Shown: in pieces, positions 26,984 to 38,061 of the stretch | Numbering within the stretch: position 1 is the first letter of the stretch | How the letters are laid out: every line of letters starts with the position of its first letter | Source: Lytechinus pictus | Lineage: Eukaryota | Length of the DNA stretch: 64,000 nucleotides | Assembly (NCBI RefSeq): GCF_037042905.1 | Contig: NC_087245.1 | Location: 39,186,001 to 39,250,000, forward strand | Direction: 5' to 3' | Notes under the pieces: model-generated | Seen by the model: only the letters and a program-made list of their open reading frames with translations | The model's database searches: none | Told to the model about the DNA's origin: nothing | Translations under genes and position numbers: made by a program

Positions 26984-28522
26984 CAGCCGCGTAGCCAGGA
27001 TTTAATTTTGGAGGGGGCGGTAAGTGCACGCGAAGCGTGCCAACACTTACAGAGCGCGCGAAGCGCGCTCCCTAGGGAGGAGGGAGTTCCCCCCTCCCGC
27101 GCGGAGCGCGAAGTTTTCGATATCTCATCAAATTTAAATCAAAAGAAGGCGTCTCTTGCGTCTCTAGTACCCTTATCAACTCGAAAATTGACCTGCTATA
27201 ATTAAAACAAAATTGTTTTCGAAAGAAATTATGAGCGCCCCCAAAATGGGAAAAGATTGAAGAATTTGAAATAATTCCTCTTACCGCGCGAAGCATGGAA
27301 GCTTAAAAAGTTTTATAAAAATAGAAAACAGAAATGATTATGCCTACCTTGGTCACATCAGATTTGATTGTAAAAAGTGTATCCACATTAAATTTCTTTA
27401 ACTAAAGTCGCAAAAGAGTAGAAGACGGGTATATACAAGAAGGAAATAGGCGCTATATTCCTTCCTGCGAATATTAAAAAAAATCTCTGAAACTTTAACC
27501 TGTTCTAAATTTGATATTTCTTAGATCATATATAACTCGATTAAGAAGAAAACAAGCTCAAAATGTGAAAGGGATGATGCAAGCTAGAAGAGGGACTTTT
27601 CCTTTCCCATGCTCGCGAAGCGCGGAAACCTCTGTGATTTATTTTGGGAAAGAATTGTGTAATTTCGCTCATATTAAGCGCTTCCTTTAATTAAGAAACT
27701 TCAGAGATATTTCAAATCAATGGCGCAAAACAGGACATGGATGATGGGTGTGCAGCGATATAGAATAAAGTAAAATATCGTACATACTTTTGCATATAGC
27801 ACGGCAAGAATTTAATGCCTCCCATTTTAACAAGATACTTTGCCAAAAATTACTTGCTGAAAAGCGGAAGAAAAGCATTTGGGGACTCGGGGAGTGACGG
27901 TAATATTTACCCGCTCCGAACAGATGAATGCCAAACTTTTGTGTCAATGCAATATTATACAGATATTGCCTACTTAGAGTTTGAATATAACATTTCCTCT
28001 CCCCGACGGAGTTATATTTTTCCCAAGGGATTATTTTTTGCCCGAAGCGCGCAGCGCTGAGGGAAAATATGATCACGTGATGGAGTATTGACCTATCACT
28101 GATTCGAACCTACATAAGCTATGTAATATAAAAAAAAATACTAGTCATACTCTTACACCCATGTATACTTTATAATTTCAGGCAAGAATATACGATTCCC
28201 ACAGCCGGGAAGGGGAAAAACGGAGTAGAAAAAAGGTGTGGGAAACAAAAGGGAATGGCAATTTTGATATTTTTCCCGCGCAGAGCGTGGAAGCAAAATT
28301 TTGTATGAAGAGAGAAGAACGTCTCGTTTAGGTTTTAATTCTTTTAAGCAAAAAAAAAGAAGGTAAAAAGACAACAAAGCTATACCTTTCTTCCTTTTGC
28401 TCCTTTCGCTTTTCTTTTTCTCCTTTTCTCCTTCTTTTTTTTTTCTTTTTTGGGAGCGTTTTTTTTTTTTTTGGGGGGGGGGGGGGGCGACCGCCCCCAC
28501 CGCCCCCATGGCCACGCGCCTG
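26984..28522. mobile_element. Non-autonomous hAT-like element, 1.54 kb
   Basis: TIRs cagccgcgtagcca / tggccacgcgcctg; perfect 8-bp TSD caccggta (26976-26983, 28523-28530). Related in inverted orientation to 56858-61698. Confidence 0.85.
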
Positions 28523-28674
28523 CACCGGTAGGCCTACATCTTGATTCCTAAGCTAGGTCCTATCTTTTGCTGATTTTCATCTAGGCGTGTACACGGCAGT
28601 CGACTCCTAGGAAATTATTATCCGTGTACCTATAACAGCATAATGTTCCAAAAACTTGTCATTTTGTCCCAAGC

Positions 28675-29250
28675 AGATTCAGATTCAGATATTTTTATTG
28701 TCCATCATGCAATCAGGTACAAATGGAAATTCATTTTGTTCGCACAAAATAATTTAGAATGTCATAATATTTTACGATACACACAAAGTTTACATGATAC
28801 ATATGTACACATTCAAATCTAACAGATAAAGGTAGGAATTAAGGGGGGGATCGAGGGTAATATAATTTCAAGTTTGGCTATTAGTTCGGATTGAAACAAT
28901 TTAAGAACCGTGCAGGTTGAGATTTGCCTGATCTCATCTATATATATGGAGAGCATATGGTTCTCATTATTATAGGATCCCGTTGTGCAGGCTTTTTCTA
29001 GGACTCTACCATTATTCTCGTTCAGAAAGCACCCTCTTTCCTATTGTAGAGGCTTGCTTTTCAATTCTTTCTAGTTTTTGTTATATAGCAAGTCGACTCC
29101 TGACACAGAGCAAAGCATCAATTCTGTTCGAAATGTCGAGAACAGTATCACGATCGAGTATTAATTCTTTATATATAGTTTGTGAACAGAATGTGCATGG
29201 AGGGCCTTCGAAGATTAGTCTGCATTTTTTGAACCATTCTCCAAAATAGA
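28675..29250 (-). mobile_element. Decayed LINE 3' fragment (CR1/L2-group-like)
   Basis: (cagatt)n tail-like repeat adjacent to minus-strand AATAAA; no intact ORF. Confidence 0.35.
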
Positions 29251-30031
29251 AATAAGATTTATAATTTGCAATTTAAATTAATATTAAACCAAATTATTTA
29301 AGATTGACCTATAACTACCAAAAAATAATTTCCAAATTATTTCGTACAAATTTTAGGGTTTTTTTTGTTTGTTTGCTCAGATCCGCGCATGCAATTAGTT
29401 CAACAACTCGCCTCTTTCTGAAGATTTGTTGAATTTCCTGCGAACTTGAAAAAACTTGTTACCCCCCTTTTTTTTCAATTACCAATTAAGGCAAGTCGAC
29501 TTTACAAGTTTCTAGCTTATAAATTGTCTTCGTGTACTATGCATGGCCCTGGGAAGCGTGCTGAAGCACCCATGCACTATATTTCATTAGGGGCGCTGCG
29601 TGATCTTCAAAGGCAGCTGCCCCATATTCGGGAAGATGCGTTAAAATTGGGAAAACTTTCTTTTTTCTTTTCAAACTTCTGGGGACCAATTTGACCTCCA
29701 TTTTTTAGGAAAACTTTTATCTTTTTTTTTTCGAATTTGCACCAGCACACCCAGTGAAAAAAAATCGTTCCCGGGGCCCTGGTACTATATGTGCCAGTTT
29801 TCAACAATTATTAGTCTTCATCTTGCGGTAAGCAACCAAATTTTCCGCAAAGGGATCCGAAGTTCACCCTGCATGATGACAAAAATAAGTCACTGTAAAA
29901 ATAGCCCCAAAAAATACTACTAATAATAAAAATAATAACAAAAAATAATATTAATAAATGATTTAATTGTAAATAGAATTCCAACAAAATTGTCTGCACC
30001 ATCACCTTCTGTCACAGCACATCCCATCCTG

Positions 30032-30189
30032 GGGAGCGTTTCATGAAAGGACTTGTCGGACGTTTTATCCGACAAGTCCCATTTTATCCGACCGTTACCA
30101 TAGTAACAGTACCTCTCAGCCAATCAACATCAGAGAAAGATGTCAGATCTGACAACTTGTCGGATGAAAATGTTGATGAAACACTCCCC
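30032..30189. mobile_element. ~160-bp Harbinger-like MITE
   Basis: TIRs gggagcgtttcat / atgaaacactccc; internal acttgtcgga/tccgacaagt repeats. Confidence 0.6.
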
Positions 30190-30940
30190 CGGTTTAGCTT
30201 GGAAGAGCTGCTTAAGGGATTATTCCTTCAAAGTTCAATACCGTTTAAGGTTTGAGGAAAGGCCATTAAAAAGATTAAAAACGTTATTCTTTTTTTTATT
30301 ATTTTTTTTATATTTGTGACACAGTATTAATTTTGCTACTAGCTCTTGCTCTATTGCATTTACCTGTGGAAATAAATTGAATTGAATTTATAGTCATTAT
30401 AGTCAAAGTTACTTTAGTTCGCATTAGTTCTCATTGTTTATACCTTATTCCGATTGATGTTGTACTTTAAATTTGACTATGTATTGTTTGATTTTGTTGT
30501 GCTTTGTGAACGGAAAATGAATAGATCTAAATCTAAATCTAAATTGAATTGAATATATGCGAGCAGCTTCCCCATAAATCATGTAGTAAAAAAAGTGAAA
30601 TGTAATTTTATTTAAAAAATGAAAATGGTTTAATGTCACATGCAGTATACGTATATCAACAGACAATATATTCCACATCCATCTTGAAAGAAAAAACAAA
30701 TCATTATCATTAAACCGGTCATTAAACCCCTAAATTTGAAATTTATGCATTTATTACAAATAAGAATATGACATCACTAATCGAAAACTTCAAAATTCAA
30801 ATAACTTTCATAATCTATAGTAGATTTTCTTCAAAACTTCACCAATATTTTGTTCCGGTATTTTGTATTGTTTTTCTGTTTTTTTAATACAAACTTCTCT
30901 TCACACTGAGGAACTGAGCTGAGCTTTAAATAGCCAGCGG

Positions 30941-30984
30941 TGCCGCGCCACTGAACTAGAGATCTCTAGTTCAGTGTGCCGCGC
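30941..30984. repeat. Perfect 28-bp palindrome flanked by an 8-bp direct repeat, upstream of AK2 exon 1a
   Basis: tgccgcgc|cactgaactagagatctctagttcagtg|tgccgcgc. Confidence 0.9.
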
Positions 30985-31067
30985 CGGTGTACTGTACGGT
31001 ACGTGATGAGACGATATACCGGTACACGTGTAACTAGTCCTCGACGCTAAGCCTAAGCCCAACCAAG

Positions 31068-31166
31068 ATGCCGCCTGTAGCCCAACCAATTCCCAAATTT
31101 GACGAGGTTCCGGACGGAATCAAGGCCATTTTATTAGGGCCACCAGGAGCAGGGAAAGGAACTCAG
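31068..31166 (+). CDS. AK2: Adenylate kinase 2, first coding exon (1a)
   Basis: MPPVAQPIPKFDEVPDGIKAILLGPPGAGKGTQ followed by donor CAG|gtatga, phase 0; canonical AK P-loop. Confidence 0.92.
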
Positions 31167-31297
31167 GTATGACGATAATTAGAAATTTATATTTTTTCTA
31201 TGATATTGTAAAAAACTTAAGAGTCTTTTGGCCTTAATCTCTGCTCCGGGCTTTTGGCCCACGTATTGAAATTCATGTAAGTAGATATATGTCCACC

Positions 31298-31429
31298 TAG
31301 ACCAAAAGCTTCAGTCTCTGTATTTTGGTTGTTCCGCTGAACTGCGTTGGCTCACTGACAAATGGGGATTACAGTAAAATGTCAGAAATTGTTGAATAAA
31401 TCCCCAGAAACGACGGTTATTCCTGTCTA
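31298..31429. mobile_element. Academ-like MITE (TAG..CTA termini, 9-bp TSD)
   Basis: tagaccaaaagc ... ttcctgtcta; perfect TSD atgtccacc (31289-31297, 31430-31438). Relatives at ~3047 and, inverted, at 59845-60003. Confidence 0.8.
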
Positions 31430-32419
31430 ATGTCCACCCAGCCACAGGCCATGGCTACATACAGAATAATTGAAGGCACGGTGCATTCAACAAATAACGT
31501 TACTTTATGAAAAATGAATACGAGGACTTACAGAATGAAGTCCTCCTACGAAACTTACCAAACGATGTGAAGTCAATTCCTCATAATGATGAATTATTTA
31601 TGAATATCCCTCAAAATGCGTCATTTATTTTAAGCGTTGATTTTTCTTCTCGTTGACAAAATACGAAAGCCACCTTTCTAACTCTCAAATTTTTCGTCTA
31701 ATGAGCTAAAGAGGGCACGCGATTTATCTTCATATCAAAGACACTACAATTGAAAGACTACACACCAAAATTATCTTACACGGAAATCGATGCAAAGCGT
31801 TACGCGAAGTCGGCAAAGTGTTCAATCTTTTTACTGTTTTTACTCGTTTAACGAACGGTAGCACTGCATGCGGGGCTTCGTTCAAGGTACATAGAATTTT
31901 CTATATTTTTTGTTTAATTTGTCATCGTTTTGAATATTTTTCCAAAAAGTATTATCGTCAGCAAAAATAATAAAAAAGTATGTTTTTTAAGTTATTGCAT
32001 TTATTGGGGTCTCTATTTTATCAAACAATTATTGGAATTGCGCATACAATGAATCATGAATCTAGTTTTAAAAATACCACCAAGCTGAATTAATGTTGTG
32101 AACTGTATTAGCGCCACCAACGACCTTCCTTTTATTTCCGTGGAAGAGACGTGCGAAGCCACTTTCCAGGCGGAGGTAAGCGATTTTGCTCTTTTTTGTG
32201 TCCTTTTTAAATTAAAAAAATATGTTAAAAATTGAAAATGGAACGCTTTCTACCAGAAAAAGCCCTGGTGAGTAGCGGAATGGGTTTCGGCTAACATCAT
32301 TCACGTAATGAAGCGTTGTTAATGACAACTCTAAAATCCACTACAAAAACACGTTGGTTGTGCGAGGTTCGTATAGCATGTATACTAACCTCGCAATAGT
32401 GTGAGTGGATCTATGTCTA
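31430..32419. repeat. Dispersed repeat related (inverted) to ~2150-2830
   Basis: Shared tgcgaggtt..tatactaacctcgca hairpin next to gtgtgagtg, and shared agagggcacgcga. Confidence 0.4.
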
Positions 32420-32584
32420 GCTATTTTGAAAAAAAAGAAGAATAAGCAGTAGAGACAATATTAAACATGATGAAAATGACGACAATAATGATAATTGTGA
32501 GCAGTGAATGATAATGATGATGGTGAAAAGAAGAAGAGGAAGAAGAAGGAGGAGGAAAAGGCCCAAATAACCTGTCAGGAGGAG

Positions 32585-32700
32585 AATAATAATAATAATA
32601 ATATAGGGTATTTATATTGCGCACGTATCCACCTTGTTAGGTGCTCAAGGCGCTCCTATATTACCCGGCTAAGCTAGGCGTTCATAGCGCACACAGCTTT
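32585..32700 (-). mobile_element. 3' fragment of a SINE with an L2-type tail
   Basis: Minus strand reads ...ggagcgccttgagcacc..ggatacgtgcgcaatataaat..(att)n. Confidence 0.6.
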
Positions 32701-32832
32701 CAGAAGAACTTGGACGGAGTTGGAGGAGGAGAAGGAGGAGGATGTGAGAATGATAATGTCTGAGGAGTAACTTTACAATCCAAATTTATTTATTTAATTA
32801 TAAATTATACTTTCAGCCCGGAAAACCCCTTT

Positions 32833-35800
32833 GGGCATTTTTACCACAGATGGACACAGAGACAAAAAACTCAAATTGATATTCATGTCAAATGCTTTAT
32901 TTTTTTTAATAATACAAGACCTGAAGTTTCTTGGACAATTTTTTTTCCGACTCTGGCAGCCATTTTTTATTTCAAAATGGCCGCCAAAGTATGGATACAA
33001 ATAAATTTCCTTAACCCCGGACTATCCTTAACCCCATACTATCTTTTTTTGGATTCACACTGTCTTTCTTAACTCCATACTATCTGCTTAGCCGGGGTTA
33101 ACGCCTTAACACCAGACTATCCCACAGCTCATGAATATTGATGATTTTACCATACAGAGCGTGATTAACGTACAATTTTGACTTCTGTGATTGGCTATTG
33201 CTTAGCCCCACTTTTCCTTAGCCCCACTTTTCCTTAGCCCAGTTTCGTTTCACACTGCATCTCTAAGCACCGCAATTGTGGTGCTAGCACCACAATAAGC
33301 CAGCTAACCCTGCTTTTTTGCAGGGCCAGATAGTACCATACTATATACCGTCCTAGCCCACTTTGCTAAAACATAGTATGAAAATGAAGTGGGCTAAGCT
33401 TAACCCCAGGAAATTGGTGGAGTTAAGGCCCCCCCCTTAGCCCCACCAATTTCCCGGGGTTAAGGAAAAAAAGTACAGTGTGAAAAGCATATTTGTGTTC
33501 AAAATGGTATATTGATACATATTTTGTTTTGACAGATTTTAAAGAACAGGTTTGATCATGATGTTTTCCCCTGTGATTTAGCTTGCTATTATAACACTTT
33601 TTAAAATCCCATAGAAAAACACCATTAATTCATTTATCTGATCAATTTTTTTTGATGAAATATGTGATATGGTATGTAACGTCAGTTACCAAAAATTGTG
33701 AACTTTTTTTTCTCATTTCCCAGAAAAGAGGATATATTATATGAAACTTGGTAGATTTCCTCAACACCCTTCCCTTCTACACCAAAATTAAAGATAATCA
33801 ATTAACAATCAAGCCATAGGGTACCATTAAACATGTGTAACGTCAGTTACCGAGATGTAATGTCAGTTACCATGATAAAACGTTGGTTACCAATAGTGAA
33901 ATGCAAATGTGGTCAATTATATGGTGAAGAAATATTGTATACTTGTTATTCAAGTCTTTCACTTAGTTAAATCACACCAGGAGCTTGCTATTGACTTTTA
34001 AAAGGTATAGTTCTTCTTCTTCAAGCTACACTGCCTCCTTCAATCCTGAAGATTCTTGCAGTATTGTAGTACCGGGGACAGGCAGGTGCAATACACCGGG
34101 TGAACACTCTATTCTTTGACGAATAGTGTATTGGTTTTAACGTGCATAGGTTGTGACTCTCCTATACACGGGACCAACATTTGCGTCCTTTCCGATGGAC
34201 GGAGTGTTTTCCAACTGCATTCACAGCCGCACTGAACACAGCGGTGAGGCACGTTAACACACAACGCTAGCATCACTTTTTTTGTTTGTTTTTTGTTAGA
34301 CGTCTTCCGGCATGCTGCGGGACTCGAACCCACGCACGTTGAGATCTACGATCTTATCCGGAACAGGCGCTCTAACCGACTGAGCTACACTGCCTCCCTT
34401 GTTCACAAGGGAGTTCCCTAGTTCACAAGGAATACTATATGAAATTATAAAGGAAGTTGCTTTCCAATCGTGCAAAAAAAATCCTGTGAAATTGTTTTGC
34501 ATATGTACATGTACTTATCAAGTACCTAATTGTTTGTATTTTTACTATTATCAGACAAATTTTTATTTTTTATTTTTCGGTTTTCAGGGGAGGGGGTACT
34601 TTTCCCAACCTATTGCCTAAAATCCGCAACATTTGATAAGCTTAACATTGCAATGAATGGGGGTTTCCAGGGCCCCTTATTTGGTTTCTATGATTCTTTT
34701 GAGCATTGCCGGGCTTAAACTAAATTCCTGGTTTTATACCTATTAGTAGTGTAGATATGTGATCCAATTTTTGTTTTTGGTTTACAAGTATAGATGAAAA
34801 GTGAAATTTGACAGTTCTGATCAATGTTGCATGGATCTACTAAAACTGTGTCTTTTTTTCTAATTTACAAATAGTTCACTTTCAGCTTAAAAGCTTGAGT
34901 TTATTTTTAGTTGACAGCTTTGAAAAAAAATTAGCAATGAGAATGATTAAACAAATTATGAAGAAAATTGAAATCCAACAGAGATGAACAAGCCTTGCTT
35001 GCACTGACCAGAATATGGATCAATAAAACTGCATGGCTGCATGAAATTTGGGGGAGGGGTAGCCTAGGGGAGGAGGGCCTTATTCATTTTGCCTTTTTTT
35101 TAGGGGAGGGGGAGGTTGGAGAAGGAAAAGGTTTAAAAAGTCAATATAAAACTGATGAATATATGTAAATGGGTGTATAATAAAAAAAATCCATGTGTAC
35201 AGTCAATGCAATATTAAATTACTATAGGAATACATGGAGCTGCTATGACCCCCCCCCCCCCCGAGTAAGTAAAACATACATTTCTTAACTTTATTAAGAA
35301 TTATGAAACTTTTATGATTTAAAAAAGCCTTGCATATAAGTACCAAGAAAATTATGCCTTTGAAAATCATATCTCTACTGGTAAATGTTAATGTGTAATG
35401 TCCAAATGTTCAAATCAAAGAAAAGGAATTACGAAAAAGAAAAAGTTTTTTCATTAAAATATTCATAGAAACTCAGGTATACTTCCACATCAAGCTCACT
35501 TTCATTTGAAGCCCTGCACAGAAGATACAATGCAATGATTCCACACATTTGACTTCCATGTGTTATCTCTATGGCAAATTAAGTGTAACGTCAGTTACTG
35601 TAATGTCAGTTACCAGCATGGTCGTGGAAAAATTATCATAGCCCCCCAAAAGACAAAAACAAATTATTTAATATTTTGACACATCTTAACCTAGTAACGA
35701 AGGTATATTTACATATTCAAATTATTACTCTATCTACTCAGAGACATGAGATATTTCTATTTTACTGAACACCCTGAAATTGCATGTCCTTTTTGCGTAA

Positions 35801-36001
35801 TGTCAGTTACTGACAAATTTTTGCTTGCTGATGCATAACAAATGTGGTTACATTGAAAGAACTTAGTATCAGAGTATACAGCAAGGTTCACTTTATTAGC
35901 TCTATAAAGAGGAAACTCCCATCATTTGTTGTTTTAGAGATACACACAATGAAAGGTGTGTAAAATTGTGCCATGTAATGTCAGTTACCGTGAAAATGCC
36001 C
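32833..36001. mobile_element. 3.2-kb non-autonomous element with 4-bp TSD (Sola2-like), with nested insertions
   Basis: cttt|gggcatttt ... aaaatgccc|cttt; repeated gtaa(c/t)gtcagttac motifs; contains an agcccca-repeat relic (~33010-33490) and a SINE. Confidence 0.6.
34010..34397 (-). mobile_element. tRNA-derived SINE with Deu/Nin-like central domain and (GAA)n tail
   Basis: A box tagctcagtcgg and B box ggttcgagtcc. Core cggaaaggacg..ggtcccgtgt..gcacgttaaa..tcgtcaaagaatagagtgttcacccggtg resembles the Deu domain. Confidence 0.8.
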
Positions 36002-36248
36002 CTTTAAGAACATGAACAGCATTGCTTTTTGAGGTGGTCTCATATGCCTCTATTCTGAACTGTGGTGTAATTTAAACTCTGGTCTAAAGTTGTGATTTAA
36101 CTATGGATAGCCAATTGTGGTTTCTAACAGTACAAGTTCAATTTGTCAGTTCATATTAAACTGAGTGGGATAATTACTGAAATGGTTCTCTTCATCATTT
36201 AAATATGAGGAAATATCAAAGTGGAGAAAGGAAATATAAAGAATTTAA

Positions 36249-36814
36249 AGGACAAGTCCACCCCAACAAAAAGTTGATTTGAATAAAAAGAGAAAAATCC
36301 AACAAGCATAACACTGAAAATTTCATCAAAATTGGATGTCAAATGAGAAAGTTATGACATTTTGAAATTTCGCTTAATTTCACAAAGCAGTTATATGCAC
36401 ATCCTGGTCAGTATGCAAATGAGGTGACTGATGATGTCATCCACTCACTATTTCTGTAGTATTTTATTACATGAAATATAAAATATTCTAATTTTCTCCT
36501 CACTGTTAAGTGAAACGATTTATTGCAATGTTTAATACTATATGGTTCAGTCAAATTGGTCCTTATTGTAAAAAAAAAAAAAAATGCAATGTTGTATAAT
36601 TCAAACAATAAAAAACAAAAGAAATAGTGAGTGATGGACATCATCGACTGACTCACTTAATTGTGCAAATCACTGTTTTGTGAAAAATAAGCGAAACTTT
36701 AAAACGTCATAACTTTCTTATGTAAAATCCGATTTTGATGAAATTTTCAGCACTATGCTAGTTTGATTTTTCTCTATTTACGCAAGTCAGCATTTTCCGG
36801 GGTGGACTTGACCT
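36249..36814. mobile_element. Kolobok-type MITE, subfamily B
   Basis: ttaa|aggacaagtccacccc ... ggggtggacttgacct|ttaa. Confidence 0.85.
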
Positions 36815-38061
36815 TTAAGGAGTAGCGGCACCTTCAGTTTTTGAAATAAGATGTGAAAGATGACGAAAGAAAAATGGAATTTAGATAAAAAATTCAAAAA
36901 GTACAATAAATGCTATATTCAAAACCTTGCATACTAAAGAGGTGTGAACATTGAAAATTGGTAGTTCATGTGCTTGATTTCAAACTATCAGCACTTTTGT
37001 TGGAGCAAATAAAACTCAAAACCCATCAAAAAGGCTTGTATCTAGATAAAGAAAAATTCTACACCAATTTCCCATTAAATCAAACTTGAGGTTGTATACT
37101 TTGCAGCACTGCAGAGTAAAGTATTCGGAAGAGGTAGAGGCATCTAAATGTTGGTCCATAGATTATTTTCATCTTATAGCTTTGTAAAATAACACAAAGA
37201 TTTGCTGTTAGTGTGCAGATGACTGGAAAAATCAGCTGATAACCTTGTAGCTGATTAATCACCTGTTGTGGCGTCAACACGCAGATCAATGTGCACAAAC
37301 ATAATTGTGGAATGTCCTTAACACAGCACATTACAATTTACAAGTTGTAGATGACATGATTTGTTCACATTTTGCAACTTTGATGCCAGATATTTGATAC
37401 AATAGAAGTGAACTACATGTACACAAAGATAAAAATGATGAATTAGTAAATAGGAAATACATGTACATTTAGATATACAATCTAATTCTTTTCCATATGT
37501 AGTCAAACATCATATATATAGTTTTGTTTTTACAAATTTAGCTTAGATAGTAACATTAAATATAAATACTTGTAAACAACTTTCATAATATTTATATTTT
37601 TAAATGCATAACATAATTTATTCAAATCAACAACTTCATGCAGATGAGACCACCAATGAAAAAAAAAAAAACACCTTCATAAATAAATCATACACCAAAA
37701 ACCAATACAGATTCTATTAAATGAATTAGTGTCCATCATTATATAACAAAAAGCACAATATCCATCAATCAATGAAAATCATAAGTAATAGGGAATCAAT
37801 AGTGAAAGGGGATTTACAACCCTCATGAAATTTAACCAAGAAATATTGACCTGCATTTGAGATAGCTAGTGAGCAAATTAAAGTTTTGGGGAAAATCTTG
37901 AAATTCATGGAATTGTCCCGACTATATTCTTACTCATTCTGCTTTTGTGTCATGGTTGTAATATCTGGAACCTTTGTTATTTTATCACAGTCCTGAGCAA
38001 GTTATTTCCTTGTGTAGTTGCAACTGCTATGTTAGTTGTAAAGTGCAATTGGGAATTTCTA

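Noticed and set aside
28153..28525. Lys-rich ORFs (also 56778-57108, 39698-40109, 50414-50773)
   Set aside because: Translations of purine/pyrimidine low-complexity tracts inside transposons.
34305..34395. Functional tRNA gene
   Set aside because: A and B boxes are present, but the anticodon region is expanded or irregular and the sequence continues into a SINE body and tail.
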